Notes under the pieces: model-generated
What the model was told of the DNA's origin: nothing
What the model saw: only the letters and a program-made list of their open reading frames with translations
The model's database searches: none
Source of the DNA: Zygnema circumcarinatum SAG 698-1b
Taxonomy: Eukaryota; Plantae; Zygnematophyceae
Length of the DNA stretch: 64,000 nt
Reading direction: 5' to 3'
NCBI GenBank assembly: GCA_037447605.1
Contig: CM074823.1
Span: 930,001 to 994,000, forward strand
Program-made: the position numbers and the translations under genes
Shown: positions 15,228-27,996 of the stretch, piece after piece
Layout: every line of letters begins with the position of its first letter
Numbering within the stretch: position 1 is the first letter of the stretch

Positions 15228-16930
15228 CGGAAAAAAAATTGGGCTTGAAGAGAGAGCTCGAGTTGGTTTTCAGTTTTTCGGAAAAAACTGGAAAGGGAGG
15301 GGGAGTTGCCAGCTGTCAAACTTGGGGGAGTGACACGTGCAAAACCTGCATTGGCCGAGAGTGAAAAATGTCAGGGGAAAAATAAAAAATAAAGTTTATT
15401 TATTTAAAAAGGACTCCCTCACTCCCCGCCTCTGTCTCCCCCTCTCTCGAACTCTCTATCTCTCTCAATATATATCTCTCTCTCTGCTCCAAACCTCCCA
15501 CTTCTGCTTCCTCCAATCCGTAGAGTTTCAGCTTTCCCTTCTCCCGCTCGCTCGCTTGCTCCCTCCCTCCCTCCCTCCCTCCCTCCCTTCATGCCTCCCT
15601 CCCTCCCTCCCTCCCTTCATCCCTCCCTTCCTCCCTCCCTCCCTCCCACTCCCTCCCTCCCTCCCTCCCTCCCTCCCTCCCTCCCTCTCCTCCCACATTC
15701 CCTCATTTCGATTCCTTCCCGCCCTGCCTCTCGCACCCATGTCCGTACACTGTACACCTATGCCGAATCTCAGAGTCAGAATTTTTTTTTCTGCTCACCT
15801 CTTTATCTTCCAACTTGGCTCCAACTCCGTGAGAGCGGGAGGGCGTTGAAAGAAACAAAAAGAGAGAATTAAGGAGAGAGGGGAAGGGAGAGAGTGAGAG
15901 AGCAAGAGAGAGAGAGCTAGAGAGGGAGAGAGAGTGAGAGGTAGAGAGACAGATATGGAGGCGTAAAGCAGTAGTTTGAGGGAGAGAGAGACAAAGAGAG
16001 ACAGAGAGAGATGGAGAGAGAGAGGGAGACTTGAAAGTAACCTCTGCCGCCTCTTCCCTTTGTAGCGATCGCCCGTCGGCGTTCCGCCGGCGCGGGAGGG
16101 AACCGGTACTCCGTACAACTATTCCGTACCCTTTGTTCTCTTGCGCCACGCGGTAATTGGCTCGTTTGGCGCGGAGCGAGTGGTGCGGCGCCACGTCGGA
16201 CAGCGCTTGGGAGTGCGCATTTGGCCGGAGATGCCCATCGAACGGTCCAGAGTTGAGCATGACGTGACACATATAGACATTGGACGGTCAGGATTTCATC
16301 CTGATGAAACCACGAGCTATCGAAGATTTGGGAGAGAGTTGGTCGGCGGCAGTACGCGTGGGGTCGGCTGATTGGGAAACGGATCAGGATCTGATGGCAG
16401 TTAAATACGACAAATGAGTTTATTGTCAGATTAGGGCTGGCGTATCCCCAGGGACACTAGACGACATGCCACGTGCACCAAAGCTAAGATCTTTCCATTG
16501 GTTGGAGCCCCTGGGTGCGCCGGAACGTTCGCCAGGCGGACGGTCGTTGACTTGTTGACCGACATTTTGGTCAGCGTGTCGGTGGTCAACGTGTCGGTGC
16601 CGTATCTTAATGGAGGTACATTTAAGAGATCTTAATGGTTCTTGATGTGGGTACTTTTGTCGTTTTTAATGAGAAAAAAGTCCAATTGACTGTCGGACAG
16701 ATTTAACAAGGATGGCGTCATCACCACGTCACAAAATGCAGTTGGCTGCCACGTGGTGCACTAGGCCTGTGCCGATATCGTGTAGCCGAAGGATAACATG
16801 TGTCTTTGAGTAAAGATGGTGCGCATAGGAAAAAGAAATCAATAGGCCGGTCGTCACGTGTAACATTTCAATGACGTGGCGTCGTTTTATTGGCCGAGAC
16901 TTTACACAAGTTCGCAGTGGTGAACGGCCT

Positions 16931-17540
16931 GGGGGGCATTGAAACACCGTAGATCCAGCCGATCGCACTTGTGATAATGACATGGGGCGCTCTGATTGGG
17001 TGTTGGGATTGGACAAAATGATTCGATTGGTCGGCGGGGTCGTTGAACGGTTTTTCAGAGTCCACTTCGGTTGATCCAAATTTCGGTTGGACAGTTTGAT
17101 GGAGGTTGACTGGATGGTCAGCGGTGGATCGTGGACAACATGGGCCGGTTCGTGTCGTTGGTAAAAATTGAGGTGATCCAACAAATGGGTCAACGTTTAT
17201 CGGCTACCTGGAGACGGCAGAAATTTGTCGTTTTGTGTTCATTTATTTTGAAAAAAATTGTCACCATCGAACGGTCGAGTTGAATTATTTCCGACCACAT
17301 TGATTATGCAACAAAAAAAATGATCCCACTAAAAAAAAAATAATATTTTTTATTTCGATCTCAAAGCTAAAGATCGGCGTCATCCAACCGTCGGTTTGTC
17401 ACTTTAAAAAAGTTTGGTACAAATTTAGCGCCACTATGAAACATTCAACATTCCCAAAACGGTGGAGATCCAAAAGATTTTTTTTGACCAATCAGAAGCC
17501 ACCGACTAGCTTCTGCCACGTGGCTGCCAATTTACCAGTA
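16931..17540. repeat. Upstream segment duplicated at ~26195-26784 (one copy 5' of each GH16 paralogue)
   Basis: Long colinear matches such as TTTTTCAGAGTCCACTTCGGTTGATCCAAATTTCGGTTGGACAGTT and GGATCGTGGACAACATGGGCCGGTTCGTGTCG occur in both copies. Confidence 0.9.
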
Positions 17541-18037
17541 CAGTCAACAGTCCTCATATTTTCGCCATGGTTTTGGCAAATATGAGGCGAAAATATTGAT
17601 TTTTGCAAATAGAAGGTTCGTGTTACCAATAGACGGGCGATATTGTTAGAGTTCATGTTAGAGTTCATGTTTGACCGTACGTATAGTACCGTACCGTATC
17701 GTACCGTATCGTACCGTGTCGTTAAGTATCGTATCGTATCGTGTCGGAGCCAACAAGTAGGAAAGACGAGCGAGCGCCTCTTACGGCGGCACGTGCGGGA
17801 AGATTCGGTGAGTTTTGCTGAAGCCCGTAACGGCTAGTACAGTAAGTACGGCAAGTACGGCGAGTACGGCTAGTACGGTTTGCAGGGTTTCTAGGGTTTT
17901 GGGGTTTTAGTGGTACGGATAGTACAAATAGTACGGCTAACACAGAGTTACCGTACAAAAAGGTGGTTTCGGCAAAATCGGGGCGAATTTCTTGGGGACG
18001 CACTGTACAGGGTGGAAAATATGAGGACTCCTGACTG
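17541..18037 (+). mobile_element. Tc1/mariner-type MITE copy 1 (~500 bp, TA-flanked)
   Basis: Termini CAGTCAACAGTCCTCATATTTTCGCC / GGTGGAAAATATGAGGACTCCTGACTG, TA on both sides, internal GTAC/GTATC repeats. No transposase is visible. Confidence 0.85.
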
Positions 18038-18078
18038 TAGCCGATAAAAAGGTACAGCGGCGAACTTCCCATACAGTA

Positions 18079-18571
18079 CAGTCGGGGGCCCTCGTATTTA
18101 CCGCCCTGAGGAGTGCGTCCCCAAGAATTTCGCCCCGATTTTGCCGAAACCACCATTTTGTACGGTAACTTCGTGTTACCGTACTGTCCGTATTCTCCGT
18201 ACTGTTTGTACTAGCCGTACTAGCTGTACTAGCCGTTACGGGCTTAGGCAAAACTCACCTAGTCTCCCCGCACGAGCCGCCGTAGGAGGCGCTCGCTCTT
18301 CTCCCCTTCTTCTTGGATTCGATACGATACGATATGATACGGTACGATACGAAACGCGTCGATACGGTGCTATCCGTACTATCCGTACGAGTTGTGTATC
18401 CGATACAGTACGATACGGTACGATATAGTACGCTACAATACGTACGGTCTAACATGAACTCTAACATAATACCGCCCGTCTATTGGTAACACGAACCTTA
18501 TGTATGCAAAATCAATATTTTCGCCTCATATTGGCCAAAACCAGGGTGGAAAACACGAGGGCCCCTGACTG
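18079..18571 (-). mobile_element. Same MITE family, copy 2, inverted relative to copy 1
   Basis: TA-CAGTCGGGGGCCCTCGTATTTACCGCC ... GGTGGAAAACACGAGGGCCCCTGACTG-TA. The internal sequence is the reverse complement of copy 1. Confidence 0.85.
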
Positions 18572-18664
18572 TACCGGTAAAAAACTGTCGGCCGGCGTCG
18601 ACACATCGGCGATATGGCGATGTATTATTCCTTAATGAATTTGCGACGATGGCCGACATTAGCG

Positions 18665-19220
18665 TCAGGGTTAAGAATTAAAGATTGGTAAGGGTTAGGG
18701 TAATGGCTAAGGCTACGGTTAGGGTTAGTGTTAGCATTAGGGTTAGGATTTGGGTTAGGGTGAGGTTAGGGTTAGGATTAGGTTTAGGGTTAGGGTAAGG
18801 GTTCGGGTTACGGTTAGGATTAGGGTTAGGGTAAGGGTTAGGGGTACGGTTAGGGTTAGGGTTAGGCTTAGGGTTAGGGTGAAGTTAGGGTTAGGATCAT
18901 GGTTAGGGTTAGGATTTGGGTTAGGGTGAGGTTAGGGTAAGGATTAGGGTTAGGGTTAGGGTGAGGGTTAGGGTTAGAGTTAGGGTTAGGGTTAGGGTTA
19001 GGCTTAGGGTTAGGGTGACGGTAAGGATTAGGGTTAGGGTAAGGGTTAGGGGTAGGGTTAGGGTTAGGGTTAGGGTTAGGGTTAGGGTTAGGGTTAGGGT
19101 TAGGGTTAGGGTTATGATTAGGGTTAGGGTGAAGTTAGGGTTAGGATTATGGTTAGGGTTAGGATTATGGTTAGGGTTAGGATTCGGGTTAGGTTGAGGT
19201 AAGGGTTAGGATTAGGGTTG
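18665..19220 (+). repeat. Intergenic degenerate (TTAGGG)n array, ~550 bp
   Basis: Hexamer-phased TTAGGG with variants (TTAGGA, TAAGGG, TGAGG). Confidence 0.92.
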
Positions 19221-19685
19221 AGAGAAATACCGTAATGGGAGATCCGGATGAACATTGTACGGAAGTGAGAGAAACAGTGGTGGAACTGGATCGACAAATG
19301 TGTGGTGAAGGCATGGGACAGGATCTCAGGGTTGAGTTGACCCGCAAGAGTAGACCGTGTCCGCTACAGATCACGGACAAGCTCACAGTCACAGTTGTAC
19401 ATGTCACATAGGCAAGAACAGAGACAGTACTTTGCAAAATGGTTTGACGGTCAAAACAAGGAATCAAGAGTACTAATTCTGAAACCTTGCATGGCGCACC
19501 ATGCCTACCACCACATGGATCACACGTTGATTTGGCACCGTGGATCTGTCTCGCTACCATTCACATCCTCACGACTGCAAAATCACAATCGAAACAAGCA
19601 GCAAAACTGCACCAATTCACAGTACAGTTCGTACAGTTTCTTCAATTCATCCAATTGGTGCGCACGCGGCGGTTTGGCGGAAAAA

Positions 19686-19862
19686 GGGGGGTCAGACTTA
19701 ACCCAGATTTGCGAAAGGCTGCGAAATTGCTCTGCTCAATTCGCGGCGCTCCAGAATTACCGAACCGGCGCTGAGTACTAACTTCCCCCGCCGTACAATG
19801 CGAAATTCACCCGACAGGCTTATGAAATTGATTTGGCCATGTGTTAAGTCTGATCCCCCCCC
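19686..19862. mobile_element. Possible small MITE with ~20-bp terminal inverted repeats
   Basis: GGGGGGTCAGACTTAACCCA at the left end vs TGTGTTAAGTCTGATCCCCCC at the right end. No clear target-site duplication; single copy in the window. Confidence 0.4.
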
Positions 19863-20595
19863 TATTAATATGCACAAATGTTCAACTGGAACTTTTTCTG
19901 TTTTTTCAGGTGAACATTTAACAATTAAGTAAAATAATGTTCGATTTCTCAACCTGATTGGTAGTAGAGTAAGTGAGTTTTCGCGTTCCCAAGTTCGCCA
20001 AGACCCTGTTCCATGTAACAGCAAATTGTCTCCGAACGGACAACAGGTTTTCAGGCCACATGGAGCCGTGGCACATCCTTCACAGATGTCCACATTGACA
20101 CAAACATAAAAATGGTAAACCTTGAACATTAGGAACCATTACAAGCAATTGCCTAAATTCCCTAAAACCCTAAAATCCTAAAACCAAACAGCCCTAAAAC
20201 CCTTGCGCTTCTTAAACTAGTAGAGGACAAGTCACCAGAGCCTACGCAATTGAGAAAATTACGTCTGAAAACTGAAACTGTCCTAAGGTTGCCAGCGCCT
20301 TGCTTTTTCCCGCAAACTGCTCCTACGAATAGCTGGGCTCCGCCCATTCCTGAAGGGTTGAAGGTAGAGCACAACTTCGACCACCCATATATACCCGCTA
20401 CCCACCAATAATAAAAAGGGAGATTTTGGAGGATGAAAGAAATTCGACGTCATTGAGCTTTTAAAGCATTTACTGTACACGTCCATATCCGCCATTTCTG
20501 TGTTGTTGTTGAAGCCCCACGCTCTCTCCCTCTCCGCCTTCAACCAAATCATTTTCTTCCTCTACCTGCTAGCCCAAACCGGTTCCTTTATCGCT

Positions 20596-23500
20596 CTATA
20601 TGGGTGCTGTTAACTTCACATTGCGGTAATTTACCGTCCATGGACCGCTCCCTCCGTTCCAAGCGCCGGACCATTGGCCATTGAACCAACCACTGGCGTT
20701 CCAAATGGAGCCGTACAAGTACATGGGCTTGGAAGGGAATGTGGGGGTCCTGGCTGAGAGAACGGTGCGAACAATTTGCCCGTCCACGGACCACCTGCGG
20801 CACAACCGATAAGGGTGGCATACTGGAATGAGAATAATATCAAAAAGGGGAGGGGGAGGGGGAGGGGGAGGGGGGAGGGGGGAGGGGGAGGGGGAGGGGG
20901 AGGGGGAGGGGGGAGGGGGGAGGGGGAGGGGAGGGGGAGGGGGAGGGGGAGGGGGGAGGGGGAGGGGAGGGGGGGGAGGGGGGAGGGGGAGGGGGAGGGG
21001 GAGGGGGAGGGGGAAGGGGGAGGGGGAGGGGGAGGGGGAGGGGGAGGGGAGGGGGAGGGGGAGGGGGAGGGGGAGGGGAGGGGAGGGGAGGGAGGGAGGG
21101 AGAGGGAGGGGGAGGGGAGGGGGAGGGGGAGGGGGAGGGGGAGGGGGAGGGGGAGGGGGAGGGGAAGGGAGGGGGAGGGGGAGGGAGGGAGGGGAGGGAG
21201 GGAGGGAGGGCGAGGGGAGGGGGAGGGGGAGGGGGAGGGGAAGGGAGGGGGAGGTCAAGGAGTGTTACCGGATCATAGAGGCAGAGTATTCTATGAGATA
21301 TGTGTGGTATTCCTTTGAGCAGTCAAAGTTGAATTTAATAAACTGTTCGTTCCCACTTATTCCGTTCACATAGAAATTCGTTTGTACACCGAAGTTGTCC
21401 TTTCCGAGCCATTCGAAGTCAATCTCATCTTGACCGTAGGATTGCTCCCGTGCTGACAACTGGTACAAGCGAAGGGACGACATGATCATCATCGTCATCA
21501 TTATTACATCATCAATCGCTTCATCATAACAGCAGAGATTGTACCCACTAACGGATCTGAACGCAAACTCTTTAAACGCCACGCGCTATGAAAATGATTA
21601 ACCATGGCGCTCAACATTCTATTTTGAATGATTTTTCCTTTCGATGAAGGCGCATGCAAGCTGCCGGCATTGATATTTTGTGCCTTGGCATTGTCTTTGG
21701 TTGGAAGGGGCGGGTTTTTGGGGTTCAGGGCCGCACATAGAACGAGGAGACGAATCCGCTCGTGTTCCCAGCGGCGCATTTGAACTCCGTCGAAAACGCG
21801 CCGTACTGGTACGGTGTTGTCGACTGCCATCGACCTCCTGGTGGTCGCCACGTGTACCAACCATCACCCGCCACGTCAGTCCATTCTTAAATATAGCAGG
21901 GCTTGTGCAAGCTATCTGGAGGCATAAAGACAGTTCAAGCCTGCGGGTTTGACATTTATGCATTGTTCATTATTGATTTGGGATTTTTCAAGCCGAAGGC
22001 ACTCACCACTTCCATCCTTCTTGAACGTAATCGAGGCCGTACCAGGCGACACCACCATGTTGCCCGAATTATAGTCAAAACCAAAAGGAAAAAGAGGCGA
22101 GTCTTTAACGGATGCCGGAAGGGCGGGAGCGATGGGAGTGGGTGTGGTTGCCATAACATTGTTGAATTCCGCATAGAACGGAGTGTCAGGCATGGAGACG
22201 TAGGGAGACCAAACTTCGTCAATGCCCACTGATGTTGTGACCTGCAACGACATGTAGAGCTGCATGCTCGTTTTCACGGGAAAAAAGTCCAGTCCTTGGT
22301 CACTCAGAACCCTAAGGAGTGTCTTGTCTGCGTACCAACTGCAACAACACATTGTACAACATAATGTGTCAAACAAGGAAAGCTTGAAATAGATCTTAGA
22401 AGAATCGCGAGCAATAGAGTGCTCGTTGACATCAATATGATCACCTTGCGGAAACAATGAAGAAGTTTGCTGCTTAACCTTCCGTAGTCTAATTGAATGA
22501 AGGTGAAGGCGAGATTACAGACGTGGAATAATTCAGTGGAGAAAGGAGGGGGGAGTAAGGACAGTGGAGGGAAGAAAGAAGCCCAAAGAACCCAAAAAAT
22601 GCGCAGTGGAGACATTTTAAGGCATTGTTGCTCACAAGATTTCAGCGGGGGACCAAACTATGGTGTATGTGTGGAAGCTGTCTCCGCAGTCATAGCCCAA
22701 GTCCACCACTACTTTGCTGCCACTCGTGCCATTCCGTATTGTGTTCAACGCCATCCTGCGCCGATCGCTGTATAGAACCTCCATATAGATCGAATTCCGG
22801 TTTCCGAGGTTAATGGGTGAAGATAACTGTACATGCACGAAAAGAAGGAAATATCAGTAAGTTGGATCGAATAAATTTACTAAAGAATGATTTCCAAGAC
22901 CATGGTATAGAAGCTAATACTCCTGGCCAAGCTTGACAAGTGGGCGAGAATAAAACGAGAAGGAAAACTCGTGAAGATCCATACATAGAACGCTGTGTTT
23001 GTTCCGTAGGAATTCCCGGTCGGGCACATAATGGAGGCTGAAAAGGTCCCGGAGGTGAACGAGGCTGTCGACCGGAGACGGGCTCCTGCATGGCAACAAG
23101 AACCCAAATACTATAAATGTTAATCTGTTGCAGTTCGATAAAGTTGAGCTTGAAAAGTAAAGAGTGCAAAGGACTGCACACGTAATCATCGTCCAGCGTG
23201 TGGAGGGACAAGGGAGGGGAGGAAGAAGGGCAAGAAGGGAGCGGGTGAGAGAGAAAGAAAGACGGCTCCGAGACAGAGAGAGACAGAGGGAGGGAGAGGG
23301 AGATAGAGAGAGGGTGAGAGAGAGAGGGAGAGGGAGATAGAGAGATCATGCGGGGTGTGGACACAGAGGAAACTACTCTACCCCACGTCCGTACCTCCTT
23401 TCGCGTCAAACTTGAGCCTGTAATTGTTGCGTCCTATCTTTTGCGACTGACTCGGGTTCGCGTACACGGCTGTGACATCTGTCACGGGACTAGTCGAGGG

Positions 23501-24220
23501 GGAGGGTGGCTTCGTTCCGAAATAAATCAGCTGCGTCATTGCCTTAGTTGCTCCAATGCACTTGAAATCCGCCGATTTCAAATACGACTGCCCCCGAAAA
23601 CTTCTCACATTTGCAATGGACTTGAAACAAATCGAAATTTCTTGACGAGCAGATTGAAGTTTCATCCGGGCATAGGCCCAACGGCGGGATTTGGCCAAAG
23701 CCTGCGCTTTTCGCACGTCATTATACGATGTTCGAACATTCGTTAGGCACGTCTTAAATTGTCGACTCTTCCTATAGGCCGTCATAAGAATAGCCCTTAT
23801 ACTTGCGAGCTGCGTCGCCACGTCGGCCGCCAAAGTGGTGCTGTCTGCTGGAAGCAATCCCTGTTTCATGCCGACGGCGGAGGTTGAAGAAAACGACATG
23901 TGGGAGATCGCTGCGCCTGTTGCGTTTCCGTCAGAGTCAACGGGGACAGTTCCGTTACCCTCAACTACACCTATGTGGCCGAGTTTACTTAGCGGGTTCT
24001 CCTTCGGAATGAGATTTGGAGCGTTCATGAAGCGTGACAAAGTGAGGCCGTGGGCGAAGGAGCGCTGCTCAGCCGTCAGATTCGGGAAATCGAGGGATCG
24101 AAGGGCGTCGATTCTCTTAGAGGAGTCCGAAAGGTCAAACGAACCGGTAGCGTCTGCTCCGCGGAAAAGGGCTAACAGAACTACCAGTGAACTGAATGCG
24201 GTCATGGAAACTGCCACCAT
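20596..24220 (-). CDS. Secreted multidomain GH16 protein B (646 aa), paralogue of A; exons 23395-24220, 22985-23085, 22636-22826, 22007-22338, 21737-21837, 21269-21459, 20596-20794
   Basis: Seven GT-AG exons total 1941 nt in frame. Signal-like MVAVSMTAFSSLVVLLALFRGADA. Module 1 has RNSIYMEV in place of the catalytic motif; module 2 has QDEIDFEWLGKDNFGVQTNFY. Intron positions match gene A. Confidence 0.92.
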
Positions 24221-26194
24221 TTTGGATGAATGAAGAATTCCAATTGGTGTCAAAATCGCCCGAGAATGTAAAATGTGAAGGCCGCCAATTTGTGGGATGA
24301 AGCGGATGGGACACGTGTAGTACCTGCATTGGCCGAAAGAAACATGTTTAGCCGGCTTATTTTGCTGGAGCTGAAGTCTCTCTTACTTTATCTATATCTC
24401 TCATTCTCCCCCCTGTCCATCTCTCACTCTCGCTCTCTCTCAATTCACCGCTCACCTTTTCTCTGTCCTGATTTCTCTCCCTCTTATCTCCTCATCCCTC
24501 TCTCTCGCCCATCTCTATTCCCTCATTCCATGCGGCATATAAGCATTCAAGAGGACGTCGCCGCTCACCTTCTCGTCTCACCGTCACGTCACGTCCCGCT
24601 TTGAGTGCCTGGAACTGCTGACAGAGCGAGCAAGGAAGGATGTGGTCGATAGCGAGAGCGTGGAAAGTGTATAAGTGAAAGTGAAAGTGATTGAGTGACA
24701 AAGGGAGAGATAGCGCGACAAAGAAAGAGTGTGCGATAGAGGTAGGAGGGAGGGAGAAAGAGTGAGAGCGAAAGGGAGAAATAGATAGAGGGAGAGAGAT
24801 ACAGAGGGCGGGAGGGAGTGAGAGGGTGATAAAGAGAGAGAGGAAGATAAGGGGAGAGATATATAGGGGAGGGAGGGAGAGAGAGCGAGCGAGAGAGGGA
24901 GAGAGAGTGATATAGGGAGAGTGAGATAGAGGGAGGGAGTGAGAAAGCGAAGGAGAGAGAGAGAGAGAGCGAGAGAGAGAGAGAGACAGAGAGAGGGAGG
25001 AGGAGAGAGGGGGGGAAGGCGGCGCTGCTCCCCCCTCTCCGCCTCCGCCGTTTTATAGCGCCGCCGCCCGGCGGAGAAACGCGCTGACCGGCACCCTTTT
25101 GGCGCGCAGCGTCCGCCATAGACTGTACGGACACACTTCATGGGAATGGTACCTGTACTTTGAATGGATGCGATGCGCCGTGTGTCCGTACAATTTCTGG
25201 TTTTTTATGTCTGATCTCCGTACATTTCTTCAGAAATATCTCCATTTTGTCGGTGAAAAGATTTGGTGAATCTAAATCATCCAATCATATGCATGCAATC
25301 GAATGAGACACCTCATAAGATTGTTCAAAGCCGATCTGCCACGTGATGAGTTTTGTCGTGTAGCGTAATTAGAGGTCTGATTGGTCCGTGGAACCATTAA
25401 GAACGTCGGATTTATTGACTAAAATGTATGGCAGGCTCGTGAGTGGATCGAATTGTGGACCTGCGGGCGCCGTTCGATTCGGATCGTCAACGATCAACGA
25501 TCAACGATGAATCGGAGTTTAGTCAACGGTGAAATGGTCAAAGTGGAATCTTTTGTGAACAGTTTCAGTCAACTCAGTTGACAACTGGCGTCCGTGCCAG
25601 TTCCGTTGTTGACTGAAAGTGTACGATTCCAGAAAGCTCATAGCTGTACCTCCGTTGAGGAACGCTGGAATTTTTTTTTCGGTACGAGGTCGATCCGTCC
25701 GAATGTGAACGCTTCGATACCAGGAAAGTGGAAACTGTGGACCTAGGGAAGTGGAATCTGTGAACCCAGGAAAGTTAAATGGCGCTGATCTCATGATGGC
25801 CACGGCATGAAATGTTCAATGTACCTGGACAAGGACGTAAAATGTGGACTCAATGTGAACAGCTCACAAATGTCCAGTAATTGGAAGAAAGGACATGAGT
25901 GTCAATCTCTTGCTTCTAGAGTTCAACAATATCGGGTGCTCCTCGATATATCGACCATGGTGCAGCGAATAGGCCTCTCGCAGCCCTTAGCCCTTCACCC
26001 TAAAAACCTTACAAACTGTTTTTCCATACTTTTATTTCTCCCTAGAGAGGGTAGAGCAGGGCCGCCTTCCCATCCTCTCTCCCTCTCTCTCTCTCACTCT
26101 CCCTCCGCTTTCTCACTCCCTTCCTCTATCTCACTCTCCCTATACCTCTCTCTCTCCCTCTCTCTCCCTCCATTATGGGAATTGAATTCGGGCT

Positions 26195-26784
26195 GGGGGG
26201 TATTGAACCAGGGTGGATCCGGCCCTTCGCAAGTGTGAGAATGAAATGGGGCGCTCTGATTGGGTGCTGCGACTGGACAGCATGATACGATTGGTCGGCG
26301 GGGTCGTTGTACGGTTTTTCAGAGTCCACTTCGGTTGATCCAAATTTCGGTTGGACAGTTGGATGGCGGTTGACTGGATGGTCAGCGGCGGATCGTGGAC
26401 AACATGGGCCGGTTCGTGTCGGTGGTCAAAGTTGAGTAAAGCCAAAAGTTGGGTCAACGTGAGTGGGCCACCTCAGGTGGCCCACCTGGAGACAGCGGAA
26501 AGTTGTCGTTGTGTGGACATTAACAGTAAAGAAAATTGTCGTCACTCAACAATTGATTATGCAAAGCTCCCACTTAAAAAACTATAATATTTTTTTCGAT
26601 CTCAAAGCTAGCGATCGGCATCATCCAACCGTCGCTTTGTGTCATTATAGAAAGTTTTGGATCCAATTTAGCGCCACTATGAAAAAAAGAACATTCCCAA
26701 AACAGCAGAATTTCAAAGAATTTTCATTCAATCAGAAGCCACCGACCAGCCAGCTTGTGCCACGTGGCCACCAATTTGTCAGTA
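26195..26784. repeat. Second copy of the duplicated upstream segment (see 16931-17540)
   Basis: Colinear high-identity match to 16931-17540. Confidence 0.88.
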
Positions 26785-26803
26785 GCCGACAAAAAGATAC
26801 AGC

Positions 26804-27082
26804 TCCCTGCTCGTGCCGCCGTAAGAGGCGCTCGCTTTTCTCCCCTCTCGTCTTCTTGACTTCGATACAACACGATACGATACGATATGGACCGATACGG
26901 CACAATTCCTACTAGCCGTACTAGTCGTACGATACGATACGATGTGGTACGATACGGCGGCATACAATACGATACGATACGTTTGGATAAGACATGAACT
27001 CTAACATAATACCTTTTGCAAATTGCAATATTTTCGCCCAGTATTTGCCGAAACCATGGCGAAAATAACATGGGGTCCCCTG
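26804..27082 (-). mobile_element. Truncated copy of the TA-flanked MITE, positionally equivalent to copy 2
   Basis: GCCGCCGTAAGAGGCGCTCGC, GATAC repeats, CATGAACTCTAACATAAT and terminal CCATGGCGAAAATAACATGGGGTCCCCTG-TA. The other end is deleted. Confidence 0.75.
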
Positions 27083-27826
27083 TACACCAAAGACTTCGCG
27101 TACTAGTCTTAGAGAGATCGCCAGTAAAGAAAACCCAGAAAAGAAATTCGCAACGAGTTTATACAGAGAGATGTGCGCTCCAAAACAGGGAAACAAAAAT
27201 AAGGTTTCAGTCCCTAGCCCTTTCCTCAAGTCAGTCCCCATCTTCTTTATCCCGATACGGTTATTTCTGAACCCTTCATTCCAACGACCATTTAAAAATC
27301 TCCTTTTGCTATCTGCACCGCTCCGTAGTTAGAGGTAACCCCTCTGTAATTTGCTATTTGCGGTATGAAATACACATTATGGAAAAGCGAACAGACTTAA
27401 CGTCGTATATCAATTCTGTGACAATTTGAAAAGAGAGCTTTTTCCAGCCTTCTCTCCCCCACCTATGATAGCACCCACTCTACTCCCTTCTCTCCCGCAC
27501 CCTCTCCCTCTCTCTCCGTCTTTCTCTTCTATCCAGCATTTTCTCCCTTACCCCTCTTACCTCGCATCCTCTCGTTAGCCCACGTCCCTCCCTCCCTCCC
27601 TCCCTCGCTCCCTCCCCCCCTCCCTGTCCCTTCATCCCACTCTCTACAACTATCTATCACTCTCTCCCTTCCATTCTCCCTGACTCCCACTACATCTCCC
27701 ACGTCCTCTCTCCCTCTCTCCCCTCTCCCACAGCCTCTTTCTTCTCTTCTCACTCCCCTTCTCTCTCTCTTTCCCTCTCTCCCTCTCTTCCCTCCCCTCC
27801 CGCCTCTCCCTCTGCCCCCCTCACAA

Positions 27827-27920
27827 CTAATGGATGGCTTGAGAGGTAGCGCTGCGCTTGGGTGGAAGTTTGCGCAGAATGTAAAGGACGAGACTGGACG
27901 GAATAAGCTCAACACACTGC

Positions 27921-27952
<32 letters not shown>

Positions 27953-27962
27953 NNNNNNNNNN

Positions 27963-27996
<34 letters not shown>

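Noticed and set aside
18961-19197. (RV)n ORF, or a true chromosome end
   Set aside because: It is a translation of TTAGGG. The array is degenerate and has unique sequence on both sides.
19225-19600. Trp-rich interrupted frame that might be a LINE 3' remnant
   Set aside because: No RT, endonuclease or zinc-finger motif and no poly(A) or TSD could be supported.
20596-21258. Extensin-like poly-Pro N-terminus on a GH16 fragment
   Set aside because: The Pro tract is intron 6 of gene B. The exon begins at the acceptor 20795-20797, matching gene A.
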